Positions 12,405 through 22,892 of a stretch of DNA of 64,000 nucleotides are shown here, piece by piece; positions within the stretch are counted from its first letter, which is position 1, and every line of letters begins with the position of its first letter. The position numbers and the translations under genes are program-made. A model generated the notes under the pieces. The model was not told the DNA's origin. It ran no database searches and saw only the letters and a list, made by a program, of their open reading frames with translations. The stretch lies in the IMG/VR virus record IMGVR_UViG_3300030497_000008, positions 1 through 64,000 of that record. The stretch is one strand, 5' to 3'. The DNA is from a virus.

Positions 12405-12776
12405 ATGAGAAAATCAAGGGTTACGCCTTATCAGGTAACAAACAATTTGAACACGCTTATTAATGATATAAAAGAAATGTCTGGATTGAAAAAGTATGTT
12501 ATTGTCGATGAGATAGCGCAATATTGCGGCTTAACATCAGAATCAATAAAAAAGATGTCAGAAAACAGAATACAACCTTCGCTGCCTGTAGCCTTCAAAC
12601 TGGCTCAATACTTTGAAATAGGTATAGAATCATTGTTTACCTTTCATGACGCTCCTGTCGAGGTGTCAGACGCGTTTAAATGCACTCAGAGTGGTTGTGA
12701 CTTGGTAGCAACAGCGCGCGGACTGTGTAGAAAGCATTATAATGAAATATATCAGAATGCACGAAAAAAAGATTAA
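12405..12776 (+). CDS. XRE-type HTH protein with C-terminal CxxxxC...CxxH zinc motif
   Basis: EIAQYCGLTSESIKKMSENRIQPSLPVAFKLAQYF HTH; CTQSGC...GLCRKHY; RBS AAGGAG before ATG 12405. Confidence 0.7.
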   Translation: MRKSRVTPYQVTNNLNTLINDIKEMSGLKKYVIVDEIAQYCGLTSESIKKMSENRIQPSLPVAFKLAQYFEIGIESLFTFHDAPVEVSDAFKCTQSGCDLVATARGLCRKHYNEIYQNARKKD

Positions 12777-15700
12777 AAAAAGTACTTGTAATACTAAAAT
12801 AGATATGGTAAGATGAACTTAACAAAACAAAGGGAGATGTTTTAAAATGAAAGATGTATATAAAGGTTTCTTATATAAAGGTGAGGCGGGTAAGACAACA
12901 CAAGAGCGTACTTATAGAAAGTTCCGTAATAGTAACAATAATGATATGCTAAAAGAACTACGAAAAGCGAAAAAGGGAGCTGTTAAGCATGCACTATAAA
13001 GATAAATTTGTTGGTATTAAAATCTGTGGTTTCTGTAATGGATATTTTGGTCGTGATGACTACGACGACAAAATTATTATTGCTAGTGGTTCAGATTGGA
13101 TTGTAGCACTTGATGACAAAGGAAACAACTGTTTTGCATCGTTCGACGATGGGGAAGAAATGGAAGAAAACATATTGAAATGGAGTAATGACGAAAGTTA
13201 TTAAAAAGTACTTGCAATACTATAAAATACATGGTAAGATATAAATAACTTAAGAAAAGGGAGATGTTTTAAAATGAAATTCAAAGAATATGATATGTTG
13301 GTTGTCGGAGAAGATAAAAAGGTTTATGGTTTAGAAATTGGTCGTCGTATCGATTCAAAGGATGATATTGCTTTCGTTGTTGAACTAAACTTAATCGCTG
13401 GATGGGATTACGTCAACCCTGATTACAACGACATTCAAGGTTATGTCCCTGCTAATCGCTTTGTTGAATATGTACAGTATGAGCATTTCGTTTGGTATGC
13501 GGATAGCGAGTCATTAAAAGAGGCTTTACATGAAAATAACTATGAACAGGCTTCTAACGCTGTATTTGATAGAATCATGAAATTAACAAATGAATGGGCA
13601 GAGTTAGAAGGTGAGGAGGAAGGACTATAATGAAAACATTTAAAACGATTGGCGGATTGAAAAGAAGTGTAACAGCAGCGTTAAAACGTGCGGGAGTTAA
13701 TATAAGTCATGAAACTGATTGGAGAATATATGCAGGGATTTACGTTAGTACAAATTCATGGGATGAAATCAAAGTGCGCCGTGTTGTTAATCAACACGAG
13801 GCGCAAAAGTACGAAGACAATACAAAGTTTATAAACGGCTTTCGACATGTCGATTATTTCCGTGAAGGTGAAGAAGCGGAACTACTAGAGATATTAAAGG
13901 ATTATAAGGCAGTTTCAAAGGATAGATTGTCATTTACTCGTAAAGAGCGTGAAATCATTATAACATGGGATAGACAAACGGGAGAAGTTATTTAAAAAAG
14001 TACTTGCAATACTATATAATACATGGTAAGATGTAAATAACTTAAGAAAAGGGAGCTGTTACATATGCAAGCGCAATTAATCGGATTACAAACATTAGTG
14101 AATTTAAAAACAGAGGAGTTACACGAGTTAGAAAAGATGGATACAAGTTTTTGCGGCTCAATTACTAAGATTGAGAAGATATACAAGAAGATAGGCGAAA
14201 TCAGAGGCTTAGAAGAAGCGATTGACTTGTTAAAGAAAATGGAGGTTGAATATAATGTATAAGTTCAAACAAGGAAAGTTACAACCGAACGGCGTTATCA
14301 GTGCGTATGAATGGAGTAAAGGAAGGGAGCTTGCAAGACTCCTTGAAAATGGTGATTATCTAATGTTTAGCATGCAGGTTGATGCCATGCACGAAACAAA
14401 GGATGAACAAACGATAGTTAACACGCTGTCAGTTATGCGTGATGAGCTCAAGGCGGGTAGATACTAATGAAGGATACTAAACATATGCAAGAGGCTAAAA
14501 AGACAATGGAGGCGGCGGAGGAGGCTTTACACTTCGCCTACTGCGGTAATGAAATGTACATTGATGATTATATGAGAATACGTAATAAATTATGGGAAGC
14601 TCAAAACGATTTAAGGAAGGTGTTAGAGAAATGTTAAGAAATTTTATTATTGGTACGTATAGCAGTTTTGCAAAACAAATTGTTGACAAAGTGGGAACAC
14701 ATGGAGCTAGAAAGTTAATTAATGCATTACAAAAAGAAATATCTGAGAGGGAAAGCAGATTCAATAAATAAAGGGAGGCGTTACATATGAAAACTAAAGA
14801 GGATTGGTTAACAGAAACGATTGAGAAAATTTACAGGTTTATGGATTTAGGTATGATAGAGGCGGCGATTGAGTATTCATTGAGTCAAGCGTGTACACCT
14901 CAATATATTATAGTCGAGGCAATGGCGGTTGTACATCATGAATTGTATGAGCAACAGGTGTTAGAGGAGTTAGCGTTAGAGCGAGAGTTAAAAAATAATT
15001 AAAAAAGTACTTGTAATACTATAAAATGCATGGTAAGATATAAATAACTTAAGAAAAGGGAGATGTTATTAATGAATGAAGTGTTAAGTTTACATGAATT
15101 AGGTAAAAATATTTTAGCTGCTAAGGAAAGTTATTATGATAGAAGGGAAAAAGTTAGAGCTATGGTTGATTATAAGGCTCAAAAATATGCAGAGTACGCG
15201 CTGGAAGATTTCGCGGAAAGCATTATGGAAATGGAGCAACATTATATAGAGCAATGCAAACTATATAATGACTTCGATGAAAACGACTCGGTTTTAGACT
15301 GGGAGGAGTGAAAGGGCGGGCGCTCTAGTGTAGGGCGCTTGATAACTTAAAAAGGGAGATGTTGCACATGTTAACAAAAATGCAAATTGGAAAGAAAATT
15401 TTACGCTTACAAATAAAAATTATGGATGACTTAGAAGAAGATGGAGGTATCAGAGCGGAGCATTTAGGACGTAGCTGCTTAACGGTGGGACACCCAGAAA
15501 GACATATCAGAATTGAAACGAAATACAACGAAGAAGCACATGACTTTGATTTCACTGTAATAGCTGTAAAGAATGAAAAGAACGAGATTACAACAATTGT
15601 AACAGGTGAAACACATCTATACATCGCTACAGATATTATCAGAAATTATGTTGAGCTATACAATGTTGATAAAAACTATACAGGATATTTGGAGGGCTGT

Positions 15701-18522
15701 TAATATGAAAACGAGAATTGATGTAAACGAAAGAACGTGTGTACATGTAGAGGGTGATTCCCTTAAAATCAATCAACTAAACCCACTCGCGAAAGATGGA
15801 TTTGATTATAAGGCGATTTATCTAGATAAGCAAGAGTTCGAACACATAGCGGAGGAGCTCAACGCCTTTGACGTACCAGAGGAGCATATTATATATGGTA
15901 GTCAATTGAAAGATTTATCTAACGAGGAGTTAATTAAGTATCATGAGCGATTAGAACACTGGATAACAAAAGGATGGAAACATGAAGGCTGCTACATCTT
16001 GCAAGATTATGTGAAGTATGAAATGTTAGACAGAATGAGAGGAGCTAACAATAATGGCTAAAATAGAAGAAATCGAAAAAGGACGTTACATGGTTGTACT
16101 ATCACAAGCAGAACTTAATACTATCTCACTATTACTGGGAGCATACGAAGGAGACGACTATATCAGAAAAATCGGTGCAGAATTTGAAGACTACCCACAT
16201 GAACCAGATAACGCAAATAACAACTACGTGACAGGCATTGCGGGAGATGACCTATTTAATGCATTCAAGAATCATAGAACTATCTTATGAGGCTGTGTGA
16301 CGTTCCTAGACAATGGCAATGTATTTGTACTCATAAAATACTACAGGAGCGTCACAGGCTCAACAGACACGTTAAAACAAATAAAAGGAGATGTGTACAA
16401 TGAGCAACGAAAACACAAAATCAATTGAAAATGTTATAGCGACACTAGAGGACAATTTATCAACAGTTGTAAGTACTAAGATATTAATTGAGTCTAGAAT
16501 GGATTTAGCAAACGAAAGAAAAGACTACTATAGACGAGAGAAAGAAACAGAACTAGAGAATGCCATCAACCGTGAAGTAAAGGCGCTATACTCTCACCTA
16601 TTAACATTAGACTTACAAACCAAACAACTACAGTCAGTTATTAAACAATTGAAAGGAGTTGCATTATCATGACATTCTTATCAAGTAAAGAAATATATAA
16701 AAGAAACTGCGAGCTTATAGCGGAGGAGTTCACAAAAGATAATGATTACATTGTAGAGGAAATGTACACAGATACAATAGGCACATACCAGTATAAAGTA
16801 AAGTTAAAACATATTGATACAGCTATACTCGTTAGTTACAATAATGAAACACGTAAATATGAGGGATATGTACAATGTAATCACCCAGACTTTCACCAAA
16901 CGTATAATATAGAATCAGAAATAACAATGGAAATATATAAGTTCATTCAAAGTAAAGTAGAAATGATAACAAGAATACTCATATATTGTAAAGACTGGTA
17001 GCCAACACATAGAATATAATAAAGGAGATGTGTATAATGATAATAGCAAAAGTAATGGATATAAGAGAAGGTATTTCAGAGAAGAAGACATTTAAGAATG
17101 GAATAGAACTAAATGAATATCTTAATAATAATCCCTTTGTAATAGTAAGACATAAAGAGTATATACCAGAGGAGGCGGAGAAATGATAAGAGAACCATAT
17201 ATAAGCCCGTTCACACTATATACAATAAATGAACTACATATAACAGCACGACAACGAGCGTATAACGATTATCTAGATATGGTAAGAGGTTATTATGAGC
17301 CGCATGAAATACTTGGTTATGTAGAGTTCAAAAAGAAAGCTATAAGAGAGTCACAGTATTATTATAAAGACGGAACATTCTTTGATTTGTAGAAAGGAGC
17401 TGTATATAATGGAAGTATATATAAATGAAATAGTGATTGTAACGTATGAGTCATATAATAGTGAGTGGACTATAGAAGGGAAGGTTAAACGAGTTACACA
17501 ACATCATATGGTTGTGACAGTAGAGAAATATAATAAAGTTCGTGATAGATATATACCGATAGAGCACATAACCAACGTTGATATTATAACACCTTATAAT
17601 AGTATATAATACATAGCCTGAGAGCTCAATGAAATTAGTCAGAGCCTCAGGTGTTTCCTTTTGTAATAAACAACAAAACTCGTCGAGCCCAACAAAAGGA
17701 GTTAGAGCCTCAGGTTTTATTTTTCAAGTGTTGCTCTAGCTAGGTATAACAAGTTGCATCTATAATCGATTCTATTGATATACTTGTCTATTATTCTGAT
17801 AGTCGAAATACTCTGACAATTTACTTAGTAGCTCACCACAAAACATACGAAAGCCTAGTAGCTCCTTGCATACTAGACTCATATATAATCCCTCTATTAA
17901 AATGTTAAAATTCCTCCGCTGCTGCCTCTATCATACTTTCATAGAATTGTCAAGTTAAATACGCACGACAAATTACAACATTAAATTGTGTGAATATTAT
18001 ATACAATTCGTACAAGCTCGACAGCATTTTTGTTTCTGACATTAGAATACTATAGACGACAGTAAATTACAACATTGTCCCATTTAAAAGTGTATTCATA
18101 ATATTCTGACAATTTGAATAGCGTGAATAGTCTGACAATTAGAGTGATTATAATTAGTTAAATATTCTGACAATTTAAAATAGTTGTCTATATTATCAGA
18201 TAATTAAGAATATTCTGTTATATATAATAGTGTGAATAGTGAGAGTATTCTGACAATTATGATGAACAGGAGCAGAGGGAGTTGTCTTAGTATTCGTAAT
18301 AGTCTGACAATTTAAATGTTATGAATGTTTAGAATAGTCTGACAATTAATATACACAATCTTCATACTATTAAGAATATTCTGATAATTCTGATAATTCA
18401 AACAATTAGCATTAGATTGAATATTCTGACAATTGTTTGATACGAGCTGCTCCAGAGTTATTATAATATTCTGACTATTTAGACGATTCAAATTATCAGA
18501 CAATTCAGAATACATTATTAAC

Positions 18523-18551
18523 TTGACAATCGAGAGCGGGTGTGTTATATA
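18523..18551 (+). promoter_or_regulatory. Sigma-A-like promoter inside the repeat array
   Basis: TTGACA-17 bp-TATATA with extended TG. Confidence 0.6.
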
Positions 18552-18561
18552 TGGGGAGCTG

Positions 18562-18642
18562 TTAGAATAGTTAGAATAGTTAGAATATTTAGAATAGTTA
18601 GAATATTTAGAATATTTAGAATTATCAGACTATTTAGAATAT
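18562..18642 (+). repeat. Nine tandem 9-bp units, consensus TTAGAATA(G/T)
   Basis: ttagaatag x3, ttagaatat x4, ttagaatta, tcagactat, in register. Confidence 0.95.
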
Positions 18643-18917
18643 TCATATTATCAGACAATTATATATGAAACTGTTAGTCTGGGAAGCCTTGATATGACTG
18701 GTCTGAGAGGCTATTTCCTCTGTATGGGCTTCTAGAAGGCTATCTAATACAAATACTAGGGCTATAGGTTAAAACGCCTCTACGGGCTTCTGAGAGCCTT
18801 TAAAATAGATTTGACAAATAATAGATTGTGTGGTATGGGAAGTAATTATAATATTCTGACTAACTGAATATTCTGACAATTCAACTTCTACTATATATGC
18901 ATGAGCAGGTGCGCGCG

Positions 18918-18946
18918 TATATACCACACTAGAGCAGCTATGTCAA
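18918..18946 (-). promoter_or_regulatory. Sigma-A-like promoter pointing back into the array
   Basis: Minus strand TTGACA-17 bp-TATATA with extended TG. Confidence 0.6.
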
Positions 18947-19156
18947 GTATTAAATGTATTATAAATATTCTGAAAATTTAGAATAAACTTTCTTTTACTT
19001 TTTGTCATAAAAGGGTTGTCAGCAGCGTATAATAATAGTAAGATGAAAGCAGTTAAGGAAGCGACAAACTTCCCCAAAAATAATTAAAAAAAGTACTTGA
19101 AATACTCATTAATAAATGGTAAGATGAACTTAACAAATCAAAGGGAGCTGTTGGAA

Positions 19157-19645
19157 ATGACAAATACTTACAATTTAAATCAAGAGGTACAAGTGGAAAT
19201 GGTAAGCGGATTCGAATTAGAAGGGAAGATTGTAGACTTCACAAGCGCTGGGGATATCTGGGTAGAACGTCACTCTGATAAAGATTGGTTGCTTGTAAGT
19301 CCAGAGCTTGACAAAGTGACTATCATTGAGAAAGAGGAGGAAGTGCCAGCACCTCACAGCATCCGCACTCTTAAGGAGCTTAAAGCCCTTATCAAGGAGG
19401 AGCTAACTCAATACTGGTATGAGGAGATTGAGAGCGTTAAGGTAGCTGTATATAATAGCGATGAGGACGGAGCAGAGGTATACGACTGTGAGGTTCAAAT
19501 TGTACTTGACAGCGGCGATACTCTATATCCTACATTTGGTACTTATTACAATGAGAAAGAAGCCCTTAAAGCTGCTCGCGATATGCGTACTAAATTAAAG
19601 CGTACATATGATATTACTGAACAAGTATTCATGTACACTTGCTAG
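19157..19645 (+). CDS. Early acidic hypothetical protein
   Basis: ATG after AAGGGAG behind promoters at 19016 and 19097. Confidence 0.75.
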   Translation: MTNTYNLNQEVQVEMVSGFELEGKIVDFTSAGDIWVERHSDKDWLLVSPELDKVTIIEKEEEVPAPHSIRTLKELKALIKEELTQYWYEEIESVKVAVYNSDEDGAEVYDCEVQIVLDSGDTLYPTFGTYYNEKEALKAARDMRTKLKRTYDITEQVFMYTC

Positions 19646-19680
19646 AATATTCTGACAATTTAAAACTAATATAAAGGGAG

Positions 19681-20040
19681 ATGTTTATTATGTTAACTGT
19701 TAAAATGGAGCTTGCTATTATTGAATTGAAAGGGATTGCTAATCATGCCCACTTCTTAGCCGACCAGTGGGAGCAGGGCATTGCATATAATACTGATATT
19801 GTCAATGATATTAATGATAGACTAATCAAGGCTAGTGAGCATATAGAAGGCGCGTTCAATACCACTCGTAATGGCATCATAGCTATTGAAATGCAGTTCA
19901 TTGAGAGCCGTATTAAGCAGGTCTATAATGGTATCTATATAGGCGATAGAGTCACTAGCACTGGACTATCATACCTAGCAGAGGCAGCCTATCAGACATG
20001 CAAGACTATCACTACATTTGCTATGGAGGTGAGCGCATGA
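19681..20040 (+). CDS. Hypothetical helical protein
   Basis: AAAGGGAG RBS; CodY-like box at 19646-19660 in the preceding gap. Confidence 0.7.
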   Translation: MFIMLTVKMELAIIELKGIANHAHFLADQWEQGIAYNTDIVNDINDRLIKASEHIEGAFNTTRNGIIAIEMQFIESRIKQVYNGIYIGDRVTSTGLSYLAEAAYQTCKTITTFAMEVSA

Positions 20041-21322
20041 GCCTATACTATACTAGTGATACTTATGTCATTGATATGCCCGTAAAGACTCATAAAGGCT
20101 GGACATTTAACGTCCATACATTCGAGGGTATACTCGTTCGGGAATGCACGTATTGCACTAAGTCATCTGCTATGAAGGCTCGCACACGTGAACGTCGAAC
20201 GCGCATGAGTGAAGGAGCTAAAGTTATCTATATCTAGAATCATAAATGTATTAGGTTGTCAATGATTATTTTGTCAACCTTTTTATTTCAATTTATTTTA
20301 CCATTTCATTTGACATATAACCCCACCCGTGCTTTACGACCATGTGTTCGGTTACCTCCCCTCTCTACCCCGACTACCTCAGGTAAAAATCCCAGAAAAA
20401 TTTTGAAAAGTCGCTATATCTATCTTGCACAAGAATTCTAATAGCAGCCCCATAATAGCAGCCCCTTATATAACTCCTAAACCCTACTTATTCATAATGG
20501 CATCTAGTATAAGGATAATGCAGCCCGCTACTCCTAAGTTGAATAATATATAGCACGTAGCAGCCCTAAAGTATGCTCTATCTGTCATCTGGTCATATAC
20601 GTACCTTGTCTTTAACTTCTCCATATATAAACTGGTTAACCACCCAACCGTTAAAAGTCCTACTATTCCTATAATATGTAATAACATTCATGATACCTCC
20701 TTAAAATTTCCTAAAAATTTTTCGACTTGGTTTAAAGGTCACTTCCATATTTTACCAATTTAATAGTTATAGAAAGAGAGGTTGTTAGCCTCTCTGTGTT
20801 ATTGTTTATCTGACAAGGTCTGCTATCATTGATGATAGAATGTCTACTGCTACGGTAACTCCTGTTATAAGGGCTAACATACCGTATATGACTAACTTCT
20901 TAACGTCTTCTTTCTTTATCTCTTCGAATGCCATTTTAATGAAACTATAAGAAGAGAATAAGAATATGGTGATAAATATAGTTCGTAATATCATTTTATG
21001 TACCTCCTAGAATAATATAAGTATGACTGTGGATATGCAGATAGAGGAGACGATACCTGCGAAGAGGTTTAGGTCTCTCTCGTCATCTCCTGTAAATGAG
21101 TCGATAATGTATGCGATAATATCCCATAAGAAGAGGCATATTATCATTATGTATTTGATATCGGTACTCACCTACTGTTCCTCCGCTTCATCTAGTAATA
21201 TGTCTAATGCCTTTTTCTTAAAGTCCTCTATAGGAATATTTTTCATGAAGAAGTGTCCTCCATAGTCTCCTTTAATAACGACTGTCTTTTTATCTTCTGA
21301 TAGGAACATCATAACTGACATA

Positions 21323-22060
21323 TTATTGTCCCTCCTTGAGTTTATTCACCTTCTTATATAGATAGGACGTATGAGCTTCTGATACATCAGGGAACGTTAC
21401 TGTGTAGTATAAGGAGTTATCAGCTTTTATTTCCTTATGTGTATTTATATCAAAGATTGCTGTTCGTTCTTCAATTACACCTTTATCTCCTATAGGAGCT
21501 GCTGAGTATGCTTCTTCAATGATACCTAAAATTTTATATGTCTCTGTTTTCTCTCCATATGTATCTCTATCGGGATAGTACACTTTTGCTACACGTGTAT
21601 CTCCTACGATTGGGAAGTTTTGATATCGGTCTCTTAATGCTGATAAGTATTCATGTTTTACCAATACTGTATCGGGGTGTCCATCCACCATTAAGTCACG
21701 TGAGTATACCGCATCTGACATATAAGATATAAGTCTCATTGTAGCCATTGATACTGTTATGTATCTGTTCTCAATACCTATTCTTGGTTCATGTTTAGCT
21801 TGGAATGTATGCTCATCTTCGTCTACATGGAACACTTCAAACTCTAGGTAATGATGAAATGATGTAGGTTTGTGATATAACGGTAAGTACACTTTATCCC
21901 CGTACTCTACTGGAGAGATAACTACCTCATGTACATAGTTTACTGTCTTAACTCCTACGCACTTCTGTAGTTCTACCTTATCCTTAGGCTTGTCCCCTTC
22001 TGTTACAGGTTCTTCCTTCTGGTTTGTTAGTAATTCTTTTATCTTTTGAATGACACTCAT
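21323..22060 (-). CDS. Hypothetical protein, paralog of 22260..22892
   Basis: Shared YK(I/V)LG(I/V)I..AYSAA...TAI.D..TH.EI...FP domain. Confidence 0.75.
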   Translation of the reverse strand: MSVIQKIKELLTNQKEEPVTEGDKPKDKVELQKCVGVKTVNYVHEVVISPVEYGDKVYLPLYHKPTSFHHYLEFEVFHVDEDEHTFQAKHEPRIGIENRYITVSMATMRLISYMSDAVYSRDLMVDGHPDTVLVKHEYLSALRDRYQNFPIVGDTRVAKVYYPDRDTYGEKTETYKILGIIEEAYSAAPIGDKGVIEERTAIFDINTHKEIKADNSLYYTVTFPDVSEAHTSYLYKKVNKLKEGQ

Positions 22061-22259
22061 TCGCTCTCCCCCTCATTTTATCCATGAATCATCGTCATAA
22101 TAATTACAAGTATCTGCTTTACTGAAATCTTTTATTTCCGTATCACAGTTAACGTTTTCACATATACTTAACCAAACAACATCTTCCTCTGTAGATAATC
22201 TTCTGTTTACATATGTCTTACTATAACCGAAGTCTCCACAGTTTTTCATAATACTCTCC

Positions 22260-22892
22260 TTACTCCACTATTAGCTTTAATCGATTGCAGATATATGCGT
22301 TATGTGATTCTTGCTCCGTCGGGAAGAAATGTACTACCGATTTCGCATTGGGTTTCACGATTTCTGTATGAGTCTTAGTGTCTACAATGGCTGTATAGTT
22401 CTCTACAACTTCTCCTTCGTTATTTATAAGTGCAGCAGAGTAAGCTCTATCTATTACACCTAGCACTTTATACCTCTGCGTATATACACTTAGCTTTTCC
22501 GTCTCTTTATCGTACTTCTTACCATATAAGATATCTCCAAACTTAACTGGAGCTTTATCTTTAGTATTGGTGTTGATTCGTTTATCATCAATATTAACTG
22601 GACGTATATGTACGTTTACTGAGTTGCCAGTTGCTGAACCGTTCCAGTGAGTGACTTTCATTGTTTTCAAACAGAATTCTCCATGAATCTTTTTACATGT
22701 ATTATCTGAAAATTTGTAGAACCCTATAAATGAGGCTTGAACAGCAAACCCTCCAATTCGTATTTCATCTACAATGATTTTAATCTCCTTATTATCATTC
22801 GGTACACCGAACTGACCTGCGTAAACGTATAATGATTGTCCTACGTAAATAGTTTGACCTGCCATATTTGGATAACTATAAACTGATTCCAT
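22260..22892 (-). CDS. Hypothetical protein, paralog of 21323..22060
   Basis: Same C-terminal domain; AGGAGA RBS. Confidence 0.75.
   Translation of the reverse strand: MESVYSYPNMAGQTIYVGQSLYVYAGQFGVPNDNKEIKIIVDEIRIGGFAVQASFIGFYKFSDNTCKKIHGEFCLKTMKVTHWNGSATGNSVNVHIRPVNIDDKRINTNTKDKAPVKFGDILYGKKYDKETEKLSVYTQRYKVLGVIDRAYSAALINNEGEVVENYTAIVDTKTHTEIVKPNAKSVVHFFPTEQESHNAYICNRLKLIVE

Larger units (their letters stand above)
9285..15039 (+). promoter_or_regulatory. Series of near-identical sigma-A-type early promoters
   Basis: AAAAAGTAC-TTG(A/T/C)AA-17 bp-TAAGAT, usually with extended -10 TG; -35 at 9601, 10096, 11358, 12786, 13212, 14004, 15011, 19097; variants at 133, 9285, 12050, 19016. Confidence 0.9.
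9351..17609 (+). other. Early host-takeover-like module of ~30 small, often acidic ORFs
   Basis: Short ORFs with GGGAG/GGAG RBS, many directly behind their own early promoter. Confidence 0.75.
17790..18980. repeat. Non-coding array of CodY-box-like 15-mers (AATATTCTGACAATT family)
   Basis: 17 copies within 3 mismatches of AATTTTCWGAAAATT (hand count); no credible ORF. Confidence 0.85.

Noticed and set aside
18100-18505. CRISPR array
   Set aside because: Repeats are only ~15 bp, irregularly spaced and sometimes overlapping, with no uniform spacers and no cas genes
18312-18515. Minus-strand 67-aa ORF in the array
   Set aside because: N/I-rich by-product of the repeats with no RBS
17790-18980. 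Spo0A 0A-box array
   Set aside because: The core TTCTGACA differs from TTCGACA by an inserted base; the full 15-mer and 9-bp phase fit CodY better. The perfect 0A box noticed at 9101 could be chance
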